Positions 56,154 through 64,000 of a stretch of 64,000 bases of DNA are shown here, one piece after another. Made by a program: the position numbers and the translations under genes. The stretch's first letter is position 1, and each line of letters starts with the position of its first letter. The DNA lies in contig CABZHD010000006.1 in the NCBI GenBank assembly GCA_902525435.1, positions 2,591 through 66,590 on the forward strand. The letters are read 5' to 3'. The DNA comes from an uncultured SAR86 cluster bacterium (lineage in GTDB: Bacteria; Pseudomonadota; Gammaproteobacteria; Magnimaribacterales; AG-339-G14). A model generated the notes under the pieces. That model was given only the letters and a program-made list of their open reading frames with translations. It was not told where the DNA came from and ran no database searches.

Positions 56154-56549
56154 TCAAGAATGCTCTTGTTCTAAATCCCTTTTTATATCTTCATGGTCTC
56201 CCACCATTATATGATCATCACTTTTGATCACATACTTTTCTAATATTGGTATAAATAATAAGGGAATAATTCCTCCTACGACAATGCCTACAGTCATAGG
56301 TCTGATTGATGGATCAATTAGGGATGCTACTAAATCAGCAAGAACATGAGCGCTGGCAGCTCCAATAATGCCTGCAATGTATCCTTTAGAAAGAATCTTT
56401 AAAAATCTATTGATACTCCATCCTGTGTAATACCCAATAAGAATCAATGAAACGTGGACAAAGCCAAAGACAAATCCTCTGAGTGATAAATCTTCAAAAA
56501 CCAATATATTTTCTAATATACTTTCCATGCTTAACTTAATAGCTATCAT
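56154..56549 (-). CDS. Small integral membrane protein, unknown function
   Basis: 131 aa with three or four hydrophobic segments and an acidic/His-rich tail. No family was recognised. Confidence 0.4.
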   Translation of the reverse strand: MIAIKLSMESILENILVFEDLSLRGFVFGFVHVSLILIGYYTGWSINRFLKILSKGYIAGIIGAASAHVLADLVASLIDPSIRPMTVGIVVGGIIPLLFIPILEKYVIKSDDHIMVGDHEDIKRDLEQEHS

Positions 56550-56564
56550 AAAGTATTTTGAATC

Positions 56565-57302
56565 ATGAAAATTATAAAAATTGATAATTATCAGTCTTGG
56601 TACGTAGAGTCTGATGAGGAGGCAATAATTATTGACCCTTGGCTAGATAAAGTAATGCAACCTAAATCAAATCTCTTTATCAATAGAGCCAGAAATGAAA
56701 ATGCTCTTATCACTGAAGACATGATAAACAAGGTATCGTGTATCTTAATAAGTGCCCCTTTTGAAGATCATTTTCATGAAAAAAGTTTGAAGAGATTTGA
56801 TCCTAGTACGTTTGTCTTAACCAGCAAACCTTCAGAAAAAAAATTAAGGAAACTGGGTTTTAATAATATTGAAGTGTTGAAAGCTGGAATTCAAAAAAAT
56901 ATCGGTGATCTTATAATCAAAGCTCATGATGCTGGCTTTCCTTATAATTATCTTTGGACGTTTAGTTTTGAGATAATTCAAGGAGGTAAGGTTTTATATT
57001 TTGAAAGTCATGTTGATAAGCCCTCTCGTATCAAACACAATAATTTAAAGGCTGATTGCGCTATTCTCACTACCGAAGAGGTTAAAATTCTTGGCTTGCT
57101 ACCTCTTTCAAATTCCTCTGAAACTACTCTAGAAATATTAAAAGAACTTGAATGTAAAAATATCATGATTCAAGGATCTGATCCAGCGGAAACAAAAGGC
57201 TTAATAAGTTATTTCCTAAAAATTGGTAAAGAAAACTTAGGAGTTTTTAAAAGTAACAATATAAATGTTTACAAAGATCCTGGATCCGAAGTAATCATAT
57301 AA
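56565..57302 (+). CDS. MBL-fold (Lactamase_B_3-like) hypothetical protein
   Basis: 245 aa. IIIDPWLD and ILISAPFEDHFHEKSL resemble the UlaG-like beta-lactamase-fold family with a partial His motif. Confidence 0.45.
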   Translation: MKIIKIDNYQSWYVESDEEAIIIDPWLDKVMQPKSNLFINRARNENALITEDMINKVSCILISAPFEDHFHEKSLKRFDPSTFVLTSKPSEKKLRKLGFNNIEVLKAGIQKNIGDLIIKAHDAGFPYNYLWTFSFEIIQGGKVLYFESHVDKPSRIKHNNLKADCAILTTEEVKILGLLPLSNSSETTLEILKELECKNIMIQGSDPAETKGLISYFLKIGKENLGVFKSNNINVYKDPGSEVII

Positions 57303-57332
57303 AAAAAACCCCAGTAAAAACTGGGGTTTTTT
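57301..57332. terminator. Bidirectional intrinsic terminator between convergent genes
   Basis: An A8 run is followed by stem CCCCAG (57309-57314), loop TAAAAA, stem CTGGGG (57321-57326) and a T6 run. It lies between the 57302 stop (+) and the proteorhodopsin stop at 57346 (-). Confidence 0.85.
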
Positions 57333-57345
57333 CTAAATCAAATGA

Positions 57346-58044
57346 TTACGTTATGTGACCAGATGCTTTCTTGGCAGCAGCCCAAATTGCTAAACCGAAT
57401 GCAGCTTTGTTAATCAAATCTGCTAGGTTATAAACAATGTTAAGAGCATCTTCATTTAAGCCATCTCCGAAGTAACCCCAAGCATAACCGATTGGGTAAA
57501 TTGCCCAACCTACTGTAACAATCCATTTGATTGTATTAAATGCCTGTTGACTTGCTGCGTTTCCACTGCCAGCGTTTGCTTTTGCAGTTTCACCCATAAA
57601 GATTTCATAAATGATGTAAAGCCAAGCGATCATTCCAACGATCCACCATACAACGACATCTCCTAAACCAGCTTCTCCAATGAAACCACCAATCAACATC
57701 ACTAATGATGCAATCAGAAGTTTCCAGAAAACTGCTGAGCTAATTGCTGTAACAGCCGCAATTATTAAATAAAACTCAATAATTTGAAGCGGAACAGTAA
57801 TCAACCAATCGATGTATCTGAATACAGTCGGAGTTTCACCTGCGTAAATCCAAACACCTCTCATATATAAGTAGTGCCAGAAGGCAATACCAGTCACTAA
57901 ACCAGCGACAGTAAGAGATGTCTTCCATTTAGCTGGAACGTCTGATCTTTCAACAAAAAAGAAGACAGTTGCAGCTAACATGATTGCGGTAGCTAACCAA
58001 AACGATATACCAACGTAATCGTCAACAGCTAATATTTCTCCCAT
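57346..58044 (-). CDS. Proteorhodopsin, blue-absorbing type (Gln at tuning position 105)
   Basis: 232 aa. RYIDWLITVPLQIIEFYL contains the Asp97, Gln105 and Glu108 equivalents (local D79, Q87, E90; the Q codon is at 57784-57786). WHY provides the His75 equivalent. The Schiff-base Lys lies in NLADLINKAAFG (local K213). RBS AGGTGA is upstream, and an in-frame stop two codons upstream of the ATG fixes the start. Confidence 0.95.
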   Translation of the reverse strand: MGEILAVDDYVGISFWLATAIMLAATVFFFVERSDVPAKWKTSLTVAGLVTGIAFWHYLYMRGVWIYAGETPTVFRYIDWLITVPLQIIEFYLIIAAVTAISSAVFWKLLIASLVMLIGGFIGEAGLGDVVVWWIVGMIAWLYIIYEIFMGETAKANAGSGNAASQQAFNTIKWIVTVGWAIYPIGYAWGYFGDGLNEDALNIVYNLADLINKAAFGLAIWAAAKKASGHIT

Positions 58045-58122
58045 AATTCACCTATTTAAATAAGTTAAAAATTTTATATACAAAATAACAGTTTTCATTC
58101 TGCCAAAATAACTCTCAAAAAG

Positions 58123-59490
58123 CTAGTTTAATGCTTTTACCCACCTGCCAGATTTGAAACGCATTGTAAATAAGATGCCTTTTGCCAAATAATCAGCGAT
58201 TAAAGCTGAAAAAACTACCTCAACAGGCATTTTTAACAAAAGAAATATCGACGCAAGTACTAATCTAAAGAAAATCAAACCTATCATGGTTATTATTAAA
58301 GGTGATTTCGTATCTCCTGCCCCTCTGAGAGCTCCACCAAGAGAAAACTCTATACCCATGAGCGGTTGTAATAGAGCAAAAATCCATAAAAATACCACTG
58401 TTAACCTTATTACCTCAGAATCATCTATAAAAAATCCTGAAACGGGTCTGGAAAATATTGCTATCACTAATCCGACAATAGTCATGGAGAATACGGTCAA
58501 TCTTGCTGATTTCCAGCCGCTTCTTCTAGCTTCCTTAGGATTTTCAGCCCCTAAATATTGTCCAGTTAATGTAGCACCTGCAATGGAGAAGCCATGACCA
58601 ATCATAAAACTAATCATGAGTATATTGATAGCTACGTTATATGCTGCGATTGGCTCGTTTCCGTAGACCGAAATAATCCAAAAGTAGGCCAAGAGGCCAA
58701 AATTGAAGACAACCGATTCTATTCCTGCAGGTACAGAAATTTCTATGAGATTTTTTAACCTTGAGAATGTATAGAATTTGAGTGTTGGCATTGGAATGAT
58801 AAATCTATTACTAAACCATATGCATAAAGCTAAAACTGCCCCAATTGAAAATGAAATACCCCAAGCATATGCAGCACCTACTACACCCATAGCCTCAAAT
58901 CCAAACTGACCGTTCACTAAAGCAATTAGCAGAAAAACATTAATCACATTAACGATGAGATTTATGATCAAAGGAGTGATTACATCTCCAGCTGCTCTTA
59001 ACGCAGCACCAACAATAAATAAGATTGCCAATCCAGGAACAAAAGATAGTGATATTTGTAAATATTCCACGGCCAATTTCTGACTAAGCTCGTCAAGCCC
59101 AAAGGCTCCAATGATTTCATCTCCAGCAATAAAAAATATTAAAGTAGAAGTAACTCCAAAGATTATGGCAACTATGGTCGATAACAAAGTTACTTCGGCT
59201 GCCTCGATTGGTTTGTTTCCTCCAATTGCTCTTGCTACTAAAGCATGCGTGCCTGTAGCCGTCGCCATGAGAACTGCCTGTAAAAAAAAGAATATTCTTT
59301 GGCCTGTACCTACTGCAGCCATAGCTTCTGTTCCTAAAGAACCAACAGCTTTTAGAGCAACTATACTGACGAAAGCAAATAGGATGTTATTTAGGATTGA
59401 AGGCCAAGCAAGGCCCCAGACAGATAAAGTTTCTGGACTGGACGGAGAATCTACCAGTTCTTCATTTTCGCTTTTATCTAAAGAATTCAA
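58123..59490 (-). CDS. MATE-family efflux transporter
   Basis: 455 aa with 12 predicted TM segments and a MATE-like duplicated architecture (GTGQRIFFFLQA..., GGALRGAGDTKSPL). Confidence 0.85.
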   Translation of the reverse strand: MNSLDKSENEELVDSPSSPETLSVWGLAWPSILNNILFAFVSIVALKAVGSLGTEAMAAVGTGQRIFFFLQAVLMATATGTHALVARAIGGNKPIEAAEVTLLSTIVAIIFGVTSTLIFFIAGDEIIGAFGLDELSQKLAVEYLQISLSFVPGLAILFIVGAALRAAGDVITPLIINLIVNVINVFLLIALVNGQFGFEAMGVVGAAYAWGISFSIGAVLALCIWFSNRFIIPMPTLKFYTFSRLKNLIEISVPAGIESVVFNFGLLAYFWIISVYGNEPIAAYNVAINILMISFMIGHGFSIAGATLTGQYLGAENPKEARRSGWKSARLTVFSMTIVGLVIAIFSRPVSGFFIDDSEVIRLTVVFLWIFALLQPLMGIEFSLGGALRGAGDTKSPLIITMIGLIFFRLVLASIFLLLKMPVEVVFSALIADYLAKGILFTMRFKSGRWVKALN

Positions 59491-59493
59491 ATT

Positions 59494-61053
59494 TTATCCT
59501 TCTATCCATCTAGAAAGATAATCGGTTAAATCTTCCGGTTTTTTTGTTCTAGCAGTTGTCCAATCCTCAATAAAAGGTGAATTAAGAACATCCTCATCTT
59601 GATCAATAACTAAAACAGTTGGAACTCCATATAATTTTTCAATTCCAAATTTTTTTGGTATGTGTAAGTTTTTATCAAATCTTCCTACATCAATGTGCTG
59701 GACAACGTAGTTTTTTTCAATCACTTCCTTTACATTATGACTTTTCAGCATGCCGGCAAGAACTCTGCAATCCGGGCACCAATTACCTCCAAGAATTAAC
59801 AATAATTTTTTATTTTTATCTAAAGAATCTAATGCATTCTTTAATAAAACATCTGCATCTGCAGAAATATCATAAGGTTTTGCCGGAACTTGAAGGGATT
59901 CGGGATTTCTTAAAAAGAAGGCAGTTATTCCATCAGGTGTAACAATTTCTAGGTTCTTTAATGGACTAATTTCAATTAATTTACCTCTTGGTCCGTCAGT
60001 CAATAGGAGAATATTTCCATTAGGATGCTGAAGAATGTTTCTAAACCTATGGTTTAACTCTTGAAATAAATTATCTTCAGATGAGCTTATTCTATTATCG
60101 AACGAAATTTTGGAAACTTTCTTAGCTTTTAAGGATGAAATCATTAAAGAATTTTTCCATTCAGGAAAAGCATCACCTGTGTAATAAATCATTCCAGAAG
60201 GTGCAATCGACGGTACCCAATATTTAACTGGCTGCTCCATGCCATCCATTTCTGTAAAAGGAGATATGATTGCCCCAGAATAGTCACGTCCGTAGGTAAT
60301 GGCAGGCCAACCGTAATTTTTACCTGGTTGAATAATATTTATCTCGTCACCACCAAAAGGCCCGTGCTCGTGTTCAATAATTGTTCCATTGTTAAGTTGG
60401 ATTAATCCTTGAGGATTTCTATGACCGTAAGAAAAAATATCTTCGAGGGATCCATCAACATTAATGAAAGGATTATCATCTGGCACAGACCCATCTTTAT
60501 TGATTCTAATTAATTTTCCAAAGTGGTTATCAAGAAATTGAGCTTTCTCTCTGTGATCAAAGCCATCTCCGCTTGAAATTAGTAAAGTTCCGTCTCTAAG
60601 AAAAAGTATTTTTGCTCCATAATGAGCGCCAGTTCTTCTATTTGCCTTTGCTCTAAAAATTTCTTCAACGTTTTCTAGATTTTCTCCATTTAAAGAAGCT
60701 GAAGATACAGCCAAGGTATTGGTCCCATCAGCAGGGTTCAAAGTTGTATACGAGAAAAAAATTGTTTTATCTTCTTTGAAATTTGGACTGACTTTAATTT
60801 CAGACAATCCTCCTTGATTTCTAAATTGAATCTTTGGAAGGCCTTTAATATCCTGCACCTCTCCAGAAGATAAGTTTAAAAGTTTAAGATTTCCAACTTT
60901 CTCTGTAATTAATATCTTATTTTCAGAAATCAAATCCATACCCCAAGGTTGATTTAAACCATCCAATAATTTATTTGAGGAGTAATCTAATTGTTGAGAA
61001 TAAATTCCAAAACTAGATGAAAGAAGAATTAAAAAAATAAAATTTTTGAGCAT
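59494..61053 (-). CDS. Periplasmic PQQ-dependent (soluble) sugar/sorbosone dehydrogenase-like beta-propeller fused to a C-terminal thioredoxin-like domain
   Basis: 519 aa with a signal peptide. YliI/Asd-type motifs are present (NQPWGMD, FSYGHRNPQGL, INIIQPGKNYGWP). The C-terminal stretch of about 140 aa carries LLLILGGNWCPDCRVL (a CxxC). Confidence 0.75.
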   Translation of the reverse strand: MLKNFIFLILLSSSFGIYSQQLDYSSNKLLDGLNQPWGMDLISENKILITEKVGNLKLLNLSSGEVQDIKGLPKIQFRNQGGLSEIKVSPNFKEDKTIFFSYTTLNPADGTNTLAVSSASLNGENLENVEEIFRAKANRRTGAHYGAKILFLRDGTLLISSGDGFDHREKAQFLDNHFGKLIRINKDGSVPDDNPFINVDGSLEDIFSYGHRNPQGLIQLNNGTIIEHEHGPFGGDEINIIQPGKNYGWPAITYGRDYSGAIISPFTEMDGMEQPVKYWVPSIAPSGMIYYTGDAFPEWKNSLMISSLKAKKVSKISFDNRISSSEDNLFQELNHRFRNILQHPNGNILLLTDGPRGKLIEISPLKNLEIVTPDGITAFFLRNPESLQVPAKPYDISADADVLLKNALDSLDKNKKLLLILGGNWCPDCRVLAGMLKSHNVKEVIEKNYVVQHIDVGRFDKNLHIPKKFGIEKLYGVPTVLVIDQDEDVLNSPFIEDWTTARTKKPEDLTDYLSRWIEG

Positions 61054-61078
61054 AATGCGAATTGATAATAGAATGCGA
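61054..61078. promoter_or_regulatory. Direct repeat AATGCGA-N11-AATGCGA in divergent spacer
   Basis: AATGCGA occurs at 61054-61060 and 61072-61078 (18-bp period) in the 50-nt spacer between the dehydrogenase start (61053) and the 61104 gene. Confidence 0.2.
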
Positions 61079-61103
61079 TTTTCTCACAGAAAAGTTCTGA
61101 ACA

Positions 61104-61550
61104 GTGAAAATCTTATTTAAAAATTTTTCTTTATATCTGTTGGCAACGTTAATTCTGACTTTGCTTATTGTCCCTATTACTTCCTTCTCAAACCTTATTT
61201 GGTTAAATTCCATGAATATGCCCGTAGGCATAAAAATAGTTTTTGAGGTCTTGCTTTCAGATTTCATTAACTTGGGAGTAATTTTATTTGTAATTCTTAT
61301 GATTCCAGTAGGTCTGAGCCTGATCATCTCTAGATATACTTCAAGATTACCTGCTATATCTGATTTTGCTCGATACTTTATTATTTCAGCTCTTACTATG
61401 TGGCTTGTCTTGATCGGAACTGTTGAGCTGCTTTATGAGACGGAGGTAATTGCTGGAAATAGAACTAGTATCGGTACGTTTCTCCATGTTATGGCTGGGG
61501 GGCTATCTGGTGGAATTTTCTATAAATTAAGATATAAAATGTTTGCATGA
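61104..61550 (+). CDS. Small integral membrane protein, unknown function
   Basis: 148 aa with a GTG start and about four TM segments. No family was recognised. Confidence 0.45.
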   Translation: MKILFKNFSLYLLATLILTLLIVPITSFSNLIWLNSMNMPVGIKIVFEVLLSDFINLGVILFVILMIPVGLSLIISRYTSRLPAISDFARYFIISALTMWLVLIGTVELLYETEVIAGNRTSIGTFLHVMAGGLSGGIFYKLRYKMFA

Positions 61551-61975
61551 GAAATAAATTTGTTATTCGCCTGATGTCTCTAATCCCTTGTATTTTGCTT
61601 GGCTTGGTTAGTTACCAATGGTTTACAGATCCGGCAACTACTGCATTAGGATTTGGAATTGATTATGAAGCCATGTCGAATCATGGACAAAATTCACTTT
61701 TTAGAGACTTTACAGCTTTTTTTGCTGCGTCCTCTCTGTTTTGTCTTTTTGCATTCTTTACTTTTAGATCATCTTGGCTCTTAGCTGCTGGATTAATTTA
61801 CTTGTTTGCCTTAGGTTTTAATGTTTATCACGTAATTTACTTAGGAGGTGAAGTGCAAACTCAATTATTTGTAGAGGTCGTTTTATCCGTTTGGATTTTA
61901 GGTACCGCCCTGCTGATGAGAAGTGCAGCAAACAGTAAGCCAGTTGTTAAAGAAGTTACAGTTGATACTGAATAG
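61547..61975 (+). CDS. Small integral membrane protein, unknown function
   Basis: 142 aa with about four TM segments. There is a 4-nt overlap with the upstream gene. Confidence 0.45.
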   Translation: MRNKFVIRLMSLIPCILLGLVSYQWFTDPATTALGFGIDYEAMSNHGQNSLFRDFTAFFAASSLFCLFAFFTFRSSWLLAAGLIYLFALGFNVYHVIYLGGEVQTQLFVEVVLSVWILGTALLMRSAANSKPVVKEVTVDTE

Positions 61976-64000
61976 AAAAAGTAAAAGTTCTTCCTGTTGG
62001 ATCATGAAGCCTAGTATCAAAACTAAAATCAGGAGCGTCAAATAATTTTGGTGCAGGCTCGTTTGTCAAATTTATAATTCCAAACTTTAAGTCTATAGTT
62101 CCATCCTTTAGGTTTATCGGTCTCGTAATTGACAAGTCATGAACTAGAAAAGAACTTATTTTATTTGTATAACCCAAGGATATCGCGTAATCACTTAGCT
62201 GCCTTTCATTCCTATATCCAGACATATATCTCGAAGTCCAATTAAGTAAAAATTCGCTATATTCCCAATCAAGAAAGAGATTAATTTTATTTTTAGGGAG
62301 CGAGTGTATATGAGCATCGTAATTAAATTTACCTACTCTATTAATTAATTTTTCATCATCTCTATGAAGATCGTGATCTTCTGTATCTGTATCATCATTA
62401 TGTTCAGGAGTTAAAAAAGAAAAGAGCGTTGTGGATGTTATTTTCAGATTTAAAGAACCAAAATCATACAAGTTAAATAAAGAGTTAAATTCAAAATCCA
62501 TTCCAGTGATAATTGATTTTTCTTCGTTCACATAAGAAGCAATGACACCAATAATTTCTCCTGAAGAGTTCCTAGTGATTTTAGAACTATTTGGATTATT
62601 TAAAACTATAGCTTGAGCACTTTCAGCTTCAATTCGATCTTTAAAGTTAATTTCAAAAAAATCAAAGCTTAAAGAATACTCTTCCCTGGGATAAAAGATA
62701 AAACCAAGGTTGGAATTAATAGACTTAGCAGGTTTTAACGCAGGATTTCCTGTCTGACCCTGTCTAACAAAAACACTGCTATTAACGTCCCTCACGCTAC
62801 CCAGGACTATATCTGAACCATACATCTGAGACATCGAAGGCATAGTGAAAGAAGTGCCTGTAGAGAACCTTAAAGAAAAAATATCATTAGGTTGAAACCT
62901 CAATGATATTTTTGGATCCAATGAATTTTCATTCTTGAAATCCTCATATCTCAAGGCTGCTCTTATATCTAGAGTTTGCGAGATAGACTTATTGAGTTCC
63001 CCAAATAAAGCAGCCTTTGATCTTGATTTATTAACATCTGTTCCGCCCCCAAGAAAAAAAAGATCTGCTTGTTTAGTAATTTGCCCTTCTATATCAACTT
63101 CTATTCTTCCTAAATCATTGTATTTGATATCTAAAGTATCTCTTGCTATTTGGAATCCAGCAGAAAAATCAAAATCATTAAAAGTTGTTAAATATATTCC
63201 ATCAATTGAACTCAAGGATCCTTTCTTTTTTGCTACAAGATTCCCACTGACGTATTGAACTAACTCATCCTCGTTAGTATCGCTGAACAAATTCCAAGAA
63301 AGATTTTTCTTCTTTCCCCCTCTGCCAGCAAGAGCTTCAAGAAATCTTGAATTAATTATGTCTGGTCTTATAGCAAGATTACTGTGAGCGCTATGAGTAA
63401 TTGATATATCTAAGTAATCATTATCAGAAAAGGAAAATTTCATAGAATCAGTCATATGGTACTGATAAATATCTTTTGTTGAAAAAGGTGAAGGATAGTT
63501 TGAACCAAGAGGTCTTCCTCGCCATTTGATTTCATTTTTAAAAGGACTGCCTCCTTCGCCAGGAAAAATATTCCTTGTTAGAAAAGGAAGTGCTGGATAG
63601 GAAGGAGACTGGGGGTTATCTAGAACATTTACTTTTGCATAGATAATATTGAAATCGTTAGAAATGAGATAAGAATCTTCAATAGAACTATTTAAATTAA
63701 AATAAGCTTTATGATGTCTTTCTTTGTTTATGATGTTAAATCTTTCTCCGTATGCAAATTTACAAAATCCGCCAAGCAAGATTCCACCGTTATTCTCGCA
63801 ATTAGGATCAGGGATTTTTTCTCCTTTTTCGAAGGTACCTTGATAAGGTCCAGACGAAATCTCTTCATTTTCTGTGGTAATAAAAGTCTTTCCAAATGTA
63901 CTGATTGATAAGTCGGCGATTCCATCAATTTGTCTCGCAGATAACGGAGACCTATAAAAACTTTCAAATCCAAGGACAAGTTTGTTTTTATCGGTTTTGA
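61956..64000 (-). CDS. TonB-dependent outer-membrane receptor, C-terminal two thirds or more (N-terminus beyond window end)
   Basis: The beta-barrel-type sequence ends at ...FTFSIQYQL. My translation shows the same frame stays open upstream of the track start (63779, a TTG) to position 64000: KTDKNKLVLGFESFYRSPLSARQIDGIADLSISTFGKTFITTENEE... Confidence 0.85.
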   Translation of the reverse strand, partial: KTDKNKLVLGFESFYRSPLSARQIDGIADLSISTFGKTFITTENEEISSGPYQGTFEKGEKIPDPNCENNGGILLGGFCKFAYGERFNIINKERHHKAYFNLNSSIEDSYLISNDFNIIYAKVNVLDNPQSPSYPALPFLTRNIFPGEGGSPFKNEIKWRGRPLGSNYPSPFSTKDIYQYHMTDSMKFSFSDNDYLDISITHSAHSNLAIRPDIINSRFLEALAGRGGKKKNLSWNLFSDTNEDELVQYVSGNLVAKKKGSLSSIDGIYLTTFNDFDFSAGFQIARDTLDIKYNDLGRIEVDIEGQITKQADLFFLGGGTDVNKSRSKAALFGELNKSISQTLDIRAALRYEDFKNENSLDPKISLRFQPNDIFSLRFSTGTSFTMPSMSQMYGSDIVLGSVRDVNSSVFVRQGQTGNPALKPAKSINSNLGFIFYPREEYSLSFDFFEINFKDRIEAESAQAIVLNNPNSSKITRNSSGEIIGVIASYVNEEKSIITGMDFEFNSLFNLYDFGSLNLKITSTTLFSFLTPEHNDDTDTEDHDLHRDDEKLINRVGKFNYDAHIHSLPKNKINLFLDWEYSEFLLNWTSRYMSGYRNERQLSDYAISLGYTNKISSFLVHDLSITRPINLKDGTIDLKFGIINLTNEPAPKLFDAPDFSFDTRLHDPTGRTFTFSIQYQL

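Noticed and set aside
56154-59490. I expected retinal biosynthesis genes (blh, crtE/B/I/Y) or a sensory transducer next to proteorhodopsin.
   Set aside because: The neighbours are a small membrane protein, an MBL-fold protein and a MATE pump. None has carotenoid-enzyme or transducer motifs.
30546-63908. Further shadow ORFs: 30546-30770, 30984-31211, 33051-33317, 34981-35322, 37091-37282, 37889-38161, 38207-38398, 39102-39414, 41168-41392, 41654-41953, 42682-42912, 45530-46510 (three), 46878-47147, 49661-49864, 50237-50431, 51430-53950 (seven), 54751-54981, 55708-55902, 58286-58597, 59111-59521, 59619-59942, 61013-61327, 62935-63258 and 63711-63908.
   Set aside because: The reasoning is the same as above. 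Even the longest (59111-59521, 136 aa; 34981-35322, 113 aa) are antisense to a MATE transporter and an acyl-CoA synthetase with intact motifs.
63728-63979. The third TonB receptor appeared truncated or frameshifted. The track ORF starts at 63779, and a different-frame 83 aa ORF (63728-63979) lies upstream.
   Set aside because: The 63779 start is only the first TTG. My translation of the same frame stays open from 63780 to 64000 with receptor-like sequence (LVLGFESFYRSPLSARQIDGIADLS...). The gene simply continues beyond the window. The 83 aa ORF is an out-of-frame shadow.
1-64000. Scanned for CRISPR arrays, IS elements, toxin-antitoxin pairs, restriction-modification or other defence systems, and prophage remnants.
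   Set aside because: No repeat-spacer periodicity, terminal inverted repeats, transposase or integrase motifs, or nuclease/methylase signatures were seen. The window looks like core chromosome.

Overview
This is a densely packed, visibly AT-rich chromosomal segment with about 60 genes, many joined by 1-8 nt overlaps. It contains no rRNA, CRISPR array, transposase, integrase, phage gene or recognisable defence gene.

The gene content fits a streamlined marine gammaproteobacterial photoheterotroph of the SAR86 type. That assignment is inference from content and composition and has not been verified.

Layout:
- 1-9145 (-): a minimal type II secretion operon, gspC-D-E-F-G-I-J-K-L-M.
- 9177-14235 (-): a TonB-dependent receptor, a serine-linker surface lipoprotein and a degenerate MBL-fold protein.
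- 14324-16060 (+): a MIP channel, arsC and a prepilin peptidase chained by overlapping codons.
- 16057-23415: a phosphorus block with PiT, PPK2, Ppx, PhoR/PhoB and a PlcP-like phosphoesterase plus glycosyltransferase lipid-remodelling pair.
- 24099-31245, 34871-37977 and 41172-43459: acyl-CoA and lipid catabolism genes.
- Scattered between and after the catabolism clusters (32764-47811): Dcp peptidase, cystathionine beta-synthase and gamma-lyase, purU, malate synthase G and dapE.
- 47897-48614: alternative oxidase abutting tRNA-Gly(GCC).
- 48657-56145: a second TonB receptor divergent from a 1137-1154 aa lipoprotein with a variant metzincin motif, a small partner gene and a LysR regulator.
- 57346-58044 (-): a blue-tuned (Gln105) proteorhodopsin with no signal peptide.
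- 58123-64000: a MATE pump, a PQQ-type dehydrogenase fused to a thioredoxin-like domain, two small membrane proteins and a third TonB receptor that runs off the window.

Candidates for something undescribed:
- The TonB receptor / surface metalloprotease-like lipoprotein locus.
- The lipoprotein-terminator-TonB receptor arrangement.
- An unannotated 45-codon Lys-rich, ArfA-like ORF upstream of the cystathionine beta-synthase gene.
- A catalytically degenerate MBL-fold exported protein.

All functional calls come from motif recognition by eye. No searches were run.
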